Origin: Tubiluchus corallicola
Taxonomy: Eukaryota; Animalia; Priapulida
Reading direction: 5' to 3'
Length of the DNA stretch: 48,306 bases
Assembly: GCA_030141605.1 (NCBI GenBank)
Contig: JAQGDQ010001306.1
Location: forward strand, 1 to 48,306
Part shown: positions 11,632 through 22,514 of the stretch, piece after piece
Layout of the letters: every line of letters starts with the position of its first letter
Numbering within the stretch: the stretch's first letter is position 1
Notes under the pieces: model-generated
The model's database searches: none
Seen by the model: only the letters and a program-made list of their open reading frames with translations
Told to the model about the DNA's origin: nothing
Program-made: the position numbers and the translations under genes

Positions 11632-12092
11632 CAGAGATGAGAATTTTCCGCGGATACGCAGAATTCCGAGTTTTTGGAAGACCAGTAGTGCCGTTTTTGT
11701 AAATCGCGTAAATTCCTTGAGAAAATTTTTACGGACCCAGTACGTTATTTCACAAGCTGACCGCTAGTTGGCAGGCCGTCACTTTGTTTACATCACGTAC
11801 ATCAGTGTAACCACGTGTATATCTCTATGTATAAAAATATAGAATCAATTGTGCAGAGTTATTTGAGTCAATTGCAGACAGTTTTTATATACTTTTGCAT
11901 AGGAGCGGCCAGTACTTAGATGTTTTTGAGACAATTAGGTATCATGTATCCTTGATAGTTGGGTATTTTAAATTATGCATGAAACAAGGTAACTGATATT
12001 TTAAGTCCACTTAGAGGTTCTCTATGGCCTATGCGGCCCACAAACCCCCGGCCTGTTTCAGGGTTTTTTGCAATTTGTCATTCTCATCTCTG
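11632..12092. mobile_element. hAT6-like MITE, copy 2
   Basis: Perfect 12-bp TIR CAGAGATGAGAA / TTCTCATCTCTG; TSD AATTCA at 11626-11631 and 12093-12098. Confidence 0.88.
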
Positions 12093-12987
12093 AATTCATG
12101 GTTCAGGATTGTGGTAGCATTGCTATTAGGAAATATTAAGTGTTTTAATCATTGTAAGACTTAACTTATTCTTGCAAAATTAAATAATAATGACTTTTAT
12201 TGGAATCTTTTATCTCCTTTGCATTATTTTCTGCAATTTTTGCTGAGTTGTTTCTAATTTGTTTATTCTTTTGTCGCCACAGAGGGGACAACTGCAACTG
12301 AGTGGCCACACTGTGTGTGCAGCAACCTAAGTTAGGCAGCTGTGAATTTGTAGGTGCATGGGTGACCATCAGTAGAATTGGCCAAGAAACCTTTATCAGT
12401 TCAGTGCTTCATCTTAGAGGATAGTTCTTAGTAATTAGCTAGATTCTGGTCCTGTCACAAGCATCCAGTTTGAGTGAGCCGTACAATTTGGAATCTGGGT
12501 TACACTACGTCAAGCTTGTAAAATTTACTGCAACTTTCAAAATGATAGTTTTGCTGTTTCGTTTCTGAAAATTTCATTTTTTATTATTGCTGAACGTTTT
12601 ACGTTTATACACTGTGAAATATGAACTGACTGTAAATAGAATAGCTGTGAATAAATTTAGCCTGATTCACAATTTTCTTATAGCTTGTTTAGTTAAAATA
12701 GTTTTCACATAAAATAAGATATTAAAATTTTTGTAGTACGTATCGTATATTCTAGCAGTTTATGAACATAAAAGTTAAGTTAGGACGTTGATTTTATTCT
12801 CTTATACGTATCAACAGCTTTAACTGTTACGTAATAAAGTTTTTGCCTGCAGCTGTTTGTGACTGACTGCTAGTAACTTTAGAAATATATATGTTCATTT
12901 CCTCGCTAGATGGCAGCACAATCCAATAATAACGCTCTCCAAGTTCAAAATTGTGTAGTTCGGAACGATGCGTTTCATAGCATAAAG

Positions 12988-13830
12988 TATAAAGCTGAAA
13001 TTGAGGCGTTTCAAAGGCGAAATTACAGAAACATTTTGGGTATTAGATGGTCAAAGAAAATTTCAAACAAAGATCTATATGAAAAAATAAAAGAAGAACC
13101 TTGGACAAGAAAAATACTAAGATGCCGTTTAAGATGGATTGGGCACATGCTTAGACTACCTGATGATATTCCAGTGAAGATAGCTCTTCAACAAGCCATA
13201 GAACCAGCTAAAAAACCTGCAGGAGGACAAATGTTAACATATTTAGATTTTGCACAGAAAGATTTAAACACTTCAGCATTGATCCTTAGAAATGGGGCAT
13301 TGCGGCAAGCAGGGAGTCCTGGCATAGAGAGGTGAGCAGAATCATGTCACTGGACGTGTGATTCATTGGATGATGCTGATGATCTGGCATAGGGAGGTGA
13401 ACAGAATCATGTCCCTGGACGTATGATTCATTGGATGGTGATGATGATCTGGCATAGGGAGGTGAACAGAATCATGCCCCTGGACGTATGATTCATTGGA
13501 TGATGATGATGATCTGGCATAGGGAGGTGAACAGAATCATGCCCCTGGACGTGTGATTCATTGGATGATGATGATGATCTGGCATAGGGAGGTGAGCAGA
13601 ATCATGTCCCTGGACGTGTGATTCATTGGATGATGATGATGATCTGGCATAGGGAGGTGAACAGAATCATGTCCCTGGACGTATGATTCATTGGATGGTG
13701 ATGATGATCTGGCATAGGGAGGTGAACAGAATCATGCCCCTGGACGTGTGATTCATTGGATGATGATGATGATCTGGCATAGGGAGGTGAGCAGAATCAT
13801 GTCCCTGGACGTGTGATTCATTGGATGGTG
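12988..13830 (+). mobile_element. 5'-truncated RTE-like LINE, copy B, with a tandem-array 3' tail
   Basis: KAEIEAFQRRNYRNILGIRW..RLRWIGHMLRLPDDIPVKIAL, near-identical to the reverse complement of about 7210-7550; possible imperfect TSD GTTCGG(A/T)ACGA at 12958-12968 and 13832-13842. Confidence 0.82.
13320..13830. repeat. 65-bp tandem array, about 8 copies; same family as 6304-7210, inverted
   Basis: Unit TGGCATAGGGAGGTGAACAGAATCATGTCCCTGGACGTRTGATTCATTGGATGATGATGATGATC. Confidence 0.97.
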
Positions 13831-14199
13831 CGTTCGGTACGAATAATAGAATAGATTCATTTAACAACAGCAGCTGCAACGATGCAATAACAATAATAAG
13901 AAAGTTGCTGTAAAGAGGAACAAGGATCGAGTGTTTTCTAGTTTTCCTCCTACAGGTGGACACCACAGCTGTAAACATCATTCCATAACTATATAAATTT
14001 GAAAAAACAAAATTGTAAATTTTGGGAAACCTGTGAAATTTTAGGGAAGAACTACTACATCACTCAAGGGAGACACTTAAACAATTGAAAAGCTCTTAAC
14101 ACAGTTCTGTTGTACTAACTATAATTGTTAAAACAGCTACATCTAGAAAACGTTTACTTAGAAGATTATGAATAAGGATTAAATATATGTATATTTATA

Positions 14200-14520
14200 T
14201 ACATATATAATAATCTTTATTTGCCATAAAAAATCGATATTCATAACTATAAAAGTATAAAAGAACATCGCAGCATGAGAATAAAAATTCACACAACTGT
14301 TAAATGCGTCCAGTGCAAACTAAAAACTGTGCAAAAAATTTAAAACAAAATATACATTATAATGTTACACGCAAATTATAATAGACTATATACAATATAT
14401 ACATATATACAATATGTATATATATATATATATACATAAACAAAATTTGTTTAACAGATTTTTTAAATTTATTCAAATTAAACATTTTAAATTCATCAGG
14501 GTTGTTCAACTAAACTTTCG
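14200..14520 (-). mobile_element. Degenerate CR1/L2-like LINE 3' end, related to 27055-27460
   Basis: Shares ATATAATAATCTTTATTTGCCA and AAATGCGTC(C)AGTGCAA..TAAA..ACTGTGCA blocks with 27055-27205. Confidence 0.5.
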
Positions 14521-14637
14521 TAGCATTGTATTTATTTGTTTGCTGAAAAATATACGTCGAGTGCTGTGGTATAATATAATTAGTAGATGTAAGTCTGGTA
14601 TAGTGATCATAAGTATGGATAACTGGAGTGAGTAATA

Positions 14638-15690
14638 TAGGTTTTACACGTCAAATGTAGACACAGGAAAGTTCAAATGTGACTTAGGCAAGTCAAATGT
14701 AGACATAGGAAAGTTCAAATGTGACTTAGGCAAGTCAAATGTAGACATAGGAAAGTTCAAATGTGACTTAGGTAAGTCAAATGTAGACACAGGAAAGTTC
14801 AAATGTGACTTAGGTAAGTCAAATGTAGACACGGGAAAGTTCAAATGTGACTTAGGTAAGTCAAATGTAGACATAGGAAAGTTCAAATGTGACTTAGGTA
14901 AGTCAAATGTAGACATAGGAAAGTTCAAATGTGACTTAGGTAAGTCAAATGTAGACACAGGAAAGTTCAAATGTGACTTAGGTAAGTCAAATGTAGACAC
15001 GGGAAAGTTCAAATGTGACTTAGGCAAGTCAAATGTAGACATAGGAAAGTTCAAATGTGACTTAGGCAAGTTAAATGTAGACACAGGAAAGTTCAAATGT
15101 GACTTAGGTAAGTCAAATGTAGACATAGGAAAGTTCAAATGTGACTTAGGCAAGTCAAATGTAGACACGGGAAAGTTCAAATGTGACTTAGGCAAGTCAA
15201 ATGTAGACACGGGAAAGTTCAAATGTGACTTAGGTAAGTCAAATGTAGACATAAGAAAGTTCAAATGTGACTTAGGCAAGTCAAATGTAGACACAGGAAA
15301 GTTCAAATGTGACTTAGGCAAGTCAAATGTAGATGCAATTAACGTTAAGAATGTATTGTTTTCTCTAACAGTTGCAATGGTATGTAAAGTTTGCAGAATA
15401 TTAGTGAACCTATAACGTTGTTATTTTAACTTAAGAGCAATTATTAAATTGAAATTAAAGGAGATTAAATTTAACATCCTTAAACTTTACCACCTATCCA
15501 CATTTGAGATACCAATGTCACACTTGACGTGTGTCTACATTTGACTTACCAAAAGCGCTTAAGATTTCTTGAAAACCATTGTTAACACATTTGAACTACC
15601 TAAGTCTACATTTGAGTTACCAAGACACATTTGAATTACCTAAATCTACATTTGACTTAACGTAAGCCTACATTTGACATGTAAAACCTA
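14638..15690. mobile_element. MITE with ~23-bp TIRs and probable TA TSD; left subterminal repeats expanded
   Basis: TA|TAGGTTTTACACGTCAAATGTAG ... CTACATTTGACATGTAAAACCTA|TA (1 mismatch); degenerate inverted ~21-bp subrepeats at 15530-15680. Confidence 0.85.
14650..15332. repeat. 42-bp minisatellite (dimer of two 21-mers), about 16 copies
   Basis: Unit GTCAAATGTAGACAYAGGAAAGTTCAAATGTGACTTAGGYAA. Confidence 0.97.
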
Positions 15691-16622
15691 TAATAATAAT
15701 TATCAAAAGTAAAAAATTATTTTAATGTCAGTGAACGATATATCAGCCAGGGATTTTTAGTCTTGGTTTTAGTCATCTCGAATGTGGAAGTGATAAAAAA
15801 TGAAGTTTATTTAAGTTTATATCCAGTTTTTCTTTTCTATTCCGAGAATGGTGCGTAACTGAAATCAAAAATTGCAAATATACAACTATGATGTTTTATC
15901 ACTACCAGGCTTAAGCTAATTTTATTGTTATTCTAATGTATGTACGAATAAATTGTGGTTTTAAGTTAAGCAGGCTCAATGCCATTAAATTTTGCAAATG
16001 AAAGTTACGTCACAAGTTTGAAGTCATTAGTCGTTTACTAAGTTTACTTTTCATTCATTGGTTTCGATTTTTAGAAATTTTTCGATCATTAACACCTGTA
16101 TTCTGAACGCTTTGTTTTGTTTAGTAATAATAGTAATAATGTAATTTCACTGCTACTCATGAGTGAAATAGCTACAGTGTCATCCCAATAATCACATACA
16201 TCCATTGAAGGATGGCTTGACTAGTTGACCTTCTTGGTCTTTCGCCATCATTTTTCCTTTGTGATAATTAAATACATTTACTTGCCTCAGTTATATCATG
16301 AATATGGAAATAAATGCACGTTTTGAATTGAATTGAATTGAATAAAAAAATTGAATTGTTTAAAAACTGCGCTGGTGTCGACAAACACAAATCAATGGTT
16401 TTAATCACAAGATTTTTATAGTAAATTAAACTTTTGCAACAATGTTTAACTTGCATATTTGTTCGAAGAGCTAAGAATAACAATTTTACGGGGTTGAACT
16501 TATGACCTTTAGCTTAGAAACTTGAAAGCTAGCTCACTATCTCTGGGATAAATGGCTTATTTCCTGTCCTAGACAGAGAAAGAATTCGTAGATTAAGTTG
16601 ACCAGACGTAGATTAAGCATTT

Positions 16623-16885
16623 GACCAGACGGTTTAGTCTAGTGGTAATGCGTCTGCTTTCCGTCTGGGAAGTCCTGAGTTCGAACCAGCGGCCGGGTCA
16701 TACCAATTACTTTAAAAATGGTACCTGCTGTTGCCCTGCCTGACGCGTGGTATTTAGGGTAAAAGTTGGGTAACAATAGTCTCTGTTATGTAGTTGTAGG
16801 TTGTTATTTACAGTCGGCGATAATAGCTCTTTGAGCTAATGTTAATTGTTGACTTTAAATAAATATTATTATTATTGTTATTATA
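16623..16885 (+). mobile_element. tRNA-derived SINE, copy 2 (central domain resembles the MetaSINE type)
   Basis: A and B boxes, central GGGTCATACCA..ACTTTAAAAATGGTACCTGCTGTTGCCCTGCCTGACGC, 3' hairpin and (ATT)n tail; superfamily call is from memory only. Confidence 0.85.
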
Positions 16886-17857
16886 AAAGGGGCAAGCATA
16901 ATTCGATGTCTCCTGAAACAACCAGCTCTTATTTCCTCCCTAATCATTCACTTAGCATGGAAGACGCCTAGACGATACTGTCCCCTTACCTTATTGAGTA
17001 ACAGCTATTATCTGTTGAATTGTTTGCAGATTATACAGATAATAGTTGTCCTGCATGAATTTGGTATCTTGGGAATAGCAACATTATTGACGTGGCCCAA
17101 GGCACTAGGCCTAGGCTGGTTGTCTACAGAGCAATATAAATCATTATAGTGTAAGTACATTCCAAGCCATTATCTTTTATAACACTAACTGTCAAGTGTC
17201 ATTGTCCTCAACATAACTACCTTATTTACTACTTAACTACTTACATGTGTTGAAATGGGTGACCCACCTATAAATTAATGCAGAACTTCGACTATAGGTG
17301 GCGCAGCTAGGCCTAAAATGAAGTCATTTCACGTTACTTAGGAAAATAGATTATGGACGTTTTAGCTCAGCTACTGTGTTGTTCTCTGCTAGTTAATTTT
17401 TACAGAAAGAATTAGTTGTTTTTGGCAGACTGTCTTTACGGGGGGAGGGGGGCTCTTTATAGGCCATGTCTTCGCCGCCCACTCGTTTGGAATTGTCCTC
17501 AAGAACTTCAATTATCCCTTGCAAGACCACTATTTGACACTTGGCACCAAACGTAATTAACTCTTACGTAATGCCATTGCTTCTTGCGGGAACATTTAAT
17601 TTAATAAACGAAAACATGCAGCTCCAGCCTGCAGTCTAGACGACATGTTGTAACGACGTGTACTGGAATGAAATTGCAGTTTTGTTACCATCTGTGCTGT
17701 CAAACTTTGAGTGCCTGTTAACACCAGTAAATGATTATAATATGATACGAGCCCTACTCTTTTAAGCTCTTACGAGAAACTTTATGTTTGTTGCCAATAC
17801 AAACACACAAATAAATATATTTTAATACCAAACTTGACTCGAAGTGCGAAAAAATTG

Positions 17858-17931
17858 GAATACAGCTTGGATTCGAACCAGTGCCCTTCTCCTTACAAGG
17901 CAGATGGCTTAAACCACCAGGCCACCGTATT
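17858..17931 (-). pseudogene. Degenerate tRNA-Thr(UGU)-like sequence
   Basis: Acceptor stem AATACGG/CTGTATT, anticodon loop CTTGTAA, GGTTCGAATCC, downstream T6; mismatches in the D, anticodon and T stems. Confidence 0.55.
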
Positions 17932-18346
17932 TTCCATTAATCAAAGCAGTTCTACGTTCATCCGTTTAATGTTGCGTTTACTGTCGCTGTTGACGTTCTT
18001 GATTATTTTTTCTTAATTAAAAACTAATCACCAGACTTTTATACGGCGGCACGCAGACGTACTGCAGAAGTTTCCGTTTTCCATCTGTTTTGTAGGATCA
18101 AATTGTAAAAAGACATCTTCAAGTTGGATTAATAAATGTCTGTAAATAAACTTGTATTTTCAAACTCCAGTAGTAGTTTGTACATGCTTAACATTTTTGT
18201 ACTTGAACATTCAAATTTTTATACCGCGTATTTAGTACCATGATAGTTCTAATAAGTCTAAACTATACAACTTCTCCTACGACCTAGTTTGCACAGTGTC
18301 AGTTCTTCTGTTTCAACTAATTTCTTTGACTCCTTATACAGGTACT

Positions 18347-18598
18347 CAGGGTCTATTTCAGCCTAAGCGAGGCCTGGGGACGTGGGGCGTGGGCCCAGAA
18401 AATTTCTGAACTGCTAGAACGCCGGAGAAGCATTTTCGAAGAGAAAATATGGAGTTATAAAATTGTTGTTAAAGGAAAGAACAATTGAATGTTCGCATAA
18501 AGCAAAAAAATGTTTCCTCGGCGCGAGGCCCCCCCCCTGGAGGGTGAGGCCCTGGGGAAGTATCCCCACTCACACGCCACACCCCGAAATAGGCCGTG
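18347..18598. mobile_element. GC-rich ~250-bp MITE between two copies of a ~105-bp direct repeat
   Basis: TIR CAGGGTCTATTTC / GAAATAGGCCGTG; 18242-18346 is repeated at 18599-18705. Confidence 0.75.
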
Positions 18599-19689
18599 GA
18601 TAGTTCTAATAAGTCTAAACTAGGTACAACTTCTCGTACGACCTAGTTTGCACAGTGTCAGTTCTTCTTTTTCAACTAATTTCTTTGACTCCTTGTACAG
18701 CTACTGCAAAATAAGCGTTTAGCTATACAGACCGCCGTGCAACATTGAGAAACAACTGATTGCATTCTTACCTGCATTAGCCAAAGCTAAATGCGTACCT
18801 GGTTAGACCAACCCACCTATACCTTCTGCATACAGAATAATGAGATAAAGGTGGCGATCGCCGTGTGAAAGCGATTATTCCATCATCAGCGCTATTGCTT
18901 GTGAAAGCGATTACTCCATCATCAGTACTACTGCCATGTGTGTTTTAGACATTTAGCTACTCCAGGAGTTCTCCTCCGGGGATCAACCCTTTTGGGGGAG
19001 CCATTGTTGGAGCAAACAGTTCACTAAACTGGACTACACTATGCATACACGCACAGGCCACAGACTAATACAGTTATAGAAGTCGGCATTGTTAACTTAA
19101 TCTGGATTTAAAAGCTAAGAAGTCCAAACTCGAATACCTGCTTATTTTGTGCTGCTGAGTATAGAATTCGTGTCGGCGCCTTTGATGTACTACTCAAATC
19201 TTACAGCGTTTCAATACATAAACAAAATGAGAAATCAGATTAAAACTGCAAGAAAATGGGAAGATATTAGAAACTATGGCAACACGAACTGTTGTGCTTT
19301 TGTGCAAGAAATGTAAATTATTAATTTTTGCAACCCAACAGCAAGCAAAAACGCTTTTGTATAAGGCAAGGCCAAATTAGCTATTACGTTTAATAAAAAA
19401 TAAATAAAAGAAAAAATAGTAGACTAATAAAAATATATTAAAGATTCTATGCATGTAGATGAGACAATTTAACAAAAAATGTCCTTTTATTCCAATGTTT
19501 ACTAAAATCTGATTCAAATTGTGGTTTAGAATGTATAATATGCGCCTCTAAACGGAACAAAAACACATTTTAACACCCCGTGCAAGTATTTTTAAGACAA
19601 ATGGTTCAAACTTATCGTTTAGACAATCTCCTCTTTTGCCCCAACGCTTGCGAAGTTCTTCCTCGCTTATTTTAGTCAAAATGAGACTT

Positions 19690-19890
19690 GGCTCGGCAGA
19701 CAGCAAGCGCTAAACGCGTCACCACGCCCCCTGTCAGTTGACACACGTCTGGGCGTGGCTCTCAACAGCGGCCCCGCCCCGGGTGGCGTTCTCGCTGGAC
19801 GGTGGCGCCGCTACGCGTGTGTGAAGGCGAGTTAACCTAGGATAGTAAGTTATGATCGATCATACGAACATGCATTCGGTATAAAGCATG
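19690..19890 (+). promoter_or_regulatory. Candidate Iroquois promoter (GC/CpG-rich patch)
   Basis: Sp/KLF-type boxes CCACGCCCC, GGGCGTGGC and GCCCCGCCCC, plus TATAAA at 19880-19885, 400-600 nt before the ATG in otherwise AT-rich DNA. Confidence 0.55.
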
Positions 19891-20289
19891 TAGACTCTAA
19901 CACATTTGCATAGGACTTTTTGCTGTCATACTGTGATCCTAGCCCATATTGCCCTTGGCTGGGTTTGTAAAGTCACTAGTGGAGTGCTTGCATGCTTTAC
20001 TATCTGCCAGTGTTTACATGTAAACCGCTGTGTTGAACATTACAATACACGTTGGTGATCAGGACACATGATCTGACTCATCTAGATCTTATCTTGCATT
20101 AATCTGTTAATCCGCACGCTTGATTAATCCCGTTTTTTGACATTTTCCCCCTCCGGAGGTGCAGATAAAGATTTTTGGTGATATCGCTAAAAAACTGTAC
20201 GCAGACACATGCGGGTAGTGTAGAAAACTTGTGTTGTTTTTGCCAGACGAGTTGTTTTTATTTACTTGTTTATTTGTTTGTGTGAAACG

Positions 20290-20340
20290 ATGTCGGCGTT
20301 CTCCCAGTTTGGATACCCAGCTACATCATTACCGTCACAG
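20290..20340 (+). CDS. Irx: Iroquois homeobox gene, coding exon 1
   Basis: MSAFSQFGYPATSLPSQ then CAG|GTACGT; the QFGY N-terminal motif is typical of Irx4/araucan-type proteins; phase 0 into exon 2. Confidence 0.85.
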
Positions 20341-22514
20341 GTACGTAGTGTTTCATTTTTATTTTTCTAGCAATTTTTTTTAAATATTTAAAATTTTTCC
20401 TGCGCGTAGACTTTGCGTTTTCTTTACGGAAATACTTAATTTTTCTGATTCTCATTTACTGAAATTCGGTGAAATTTTCCTTTGGCGGCATTTGCGTAAC
20501 AAACTGTGCTATTGTTTGTCTAATTACGCGAATCAATATTCCCAGATTCTAAACTTTGTGAATAACTGAGCGTCAATCTGCATATCGATCCGGCATCACA
20601 CTGTCTAAAATCACGCCCGGTGATTGTCACTTATTTTGTCGCAATGCAACAAAGTGTCTCAGCGCGCGAGAGAGACTCTCGGGCCGCTGAGAGTATTAAT
20701 TAGTCTTTCACGGGCGTCTGCAGTTGATACCCTGATTTAATTAAACTGAGTAGGGATTAAGTTTAATCGATATAACCCGACGTTCAATTGAGCGGCACGT
20801 AGACTTGACAATGGCGGCAACAACCAAATAATAATAATCATTACCGTGTATAACATTTGATAATAAATCATACTCACGCACGGTTAAAAGTTTCACAGAA
20901 ATCTAGGTTTGATGAAGTATTAGAAGTAAGGACAGATCGCAAATTTAGAACGAAAATATTTGAAGTAAAATTAGAAATGCTGTATTATACGGAATTACGA
21001 GATATGGAAAGTTTTTCTTATTTCAAAAAGTGATTAAGCGTTTGCCGTTTATTAACAATTTTAGCGTTTTTATTTTTTTTTATTTTTACTAGCGGCGAGA
21101 GAAATTGCTAAAAGACGTGTAACTTTAGTTGTAAATTTTTGGAGGAAAACTGTCATATCAAAAAATGTACAACACAAGATTTTGAGAGAGAATTAATACT
21201 AGTTTGGCTGCTGTGCTTGTTGAATGACGGGCGCAAATGTTTAGCTAGCTTACACGGTAATAAATCAAAGTTGCGTTACTGGATACTAGGGGAATGGCCC
21301 ATCAACGCAACTTAACACCCTATAAACTAGCGCTACGCTTATTAATAATGATTCGAAGGCATTTTGGCACTGATAAGCGCTGGCTTGCCAATAATGGCAT
21401 TTTAACTTTGTAGATAATTATTTTACGCGCACTGTTTTGTAATAAATGTAGCCCAATTCTTTTATTACATCAATTCGCTGGCATTTAAAACGTTGCAAGC
21501 GGCTGAAATACATCACAACTTATCGTTTCTACAGTTAATTTTATTGCTAATGTATGCATCTAAGCCAAGTAGTGGGATTATATAAAGAAAATAAAAAATT
21601 AAATATTTCTTTTTCTTACCTCGTAGCTATGTAGATCTATTTTGGTAATAATTAGTATAGCTATATAAGCCCATTTAGAATATACTCTTTTTAATAGGAG
21701 CTAAATTAATAATATTCTGTTAGTATAACTGATGATTGTTACTTTATTTTTCGGATAAATTTTAGGATATTTTGGCGATATAATAGAAAGAGTTTTAACT
21801 AATTCACTATGTCTTGTTTACACAACACTTACACTTACATTATTAGCCTTTGTCACTAATAATAAGACAGTGAAAAAGCCCATTTATTCCTGCCACCTCT
21901 ATTCGTAATTTTCAATATTATTTAAAATATTTCAAAACAAACATGCAGAAAACTTAAAAACTAATTATTAACAGAGATTTAATTAATAATCTATCAGATT
22001 ATCTTACTAACTAAATGATTTTTGTATATTAGGTGCAGTTTTAAATAGTTAAATTTATTTTGATTTTGATTTTGTTTTTATATGCGTAATTACATCGCCA
22101 CGGATAAGCAGTAGCAATCCTGTATAATACAGGATTAATCGTGTTATTTATATAAAATTGTATTGTCATTTGATTTGAACTACACATGTAAATCAATCAG
22201 CAATTAACAGAATTTAGCTTCACGTATATTGCATTATTTTATAGTTTAAATTTTGTTTTTCATTTGTACTTACAGTAATGGTCTGTATGCCATGTAATTT
22301 CCTTTTGAATGTTGCTGTCTGTCTGTAGTGTAGGCCTAATATAATATCACTCTTTGCACTCTGTCCAGTAGAGGTAGCAGAGTGACCATTGTTCGAATTC
22401 CTGTTTATGATTAACTTTTTATGCAACACGTATCAGATATGATTAAATTTCCTTTTTTGTACAAACTGGTTAATCACTCAATACATGTGGGGTAACAGAA
22501 GAAGGTTAAAATTA

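Noticed and set aside
14644-15321. 225-aa repetitive ORF
   Set aside because: Translation of the 42-bp array inside a MITE.
2922-15332. Regular arrays that superficially resemble CRISPR
   Set aside because: Units are contiguous with no unique spacers, there are no cas genes, and the context is a spliced animal genome.
18864-18936. 36-bp two-copy tandem duplication, and AT-rich duplications near 31390-31600
   Set aside because: Ordinary local slippage with no further structure.
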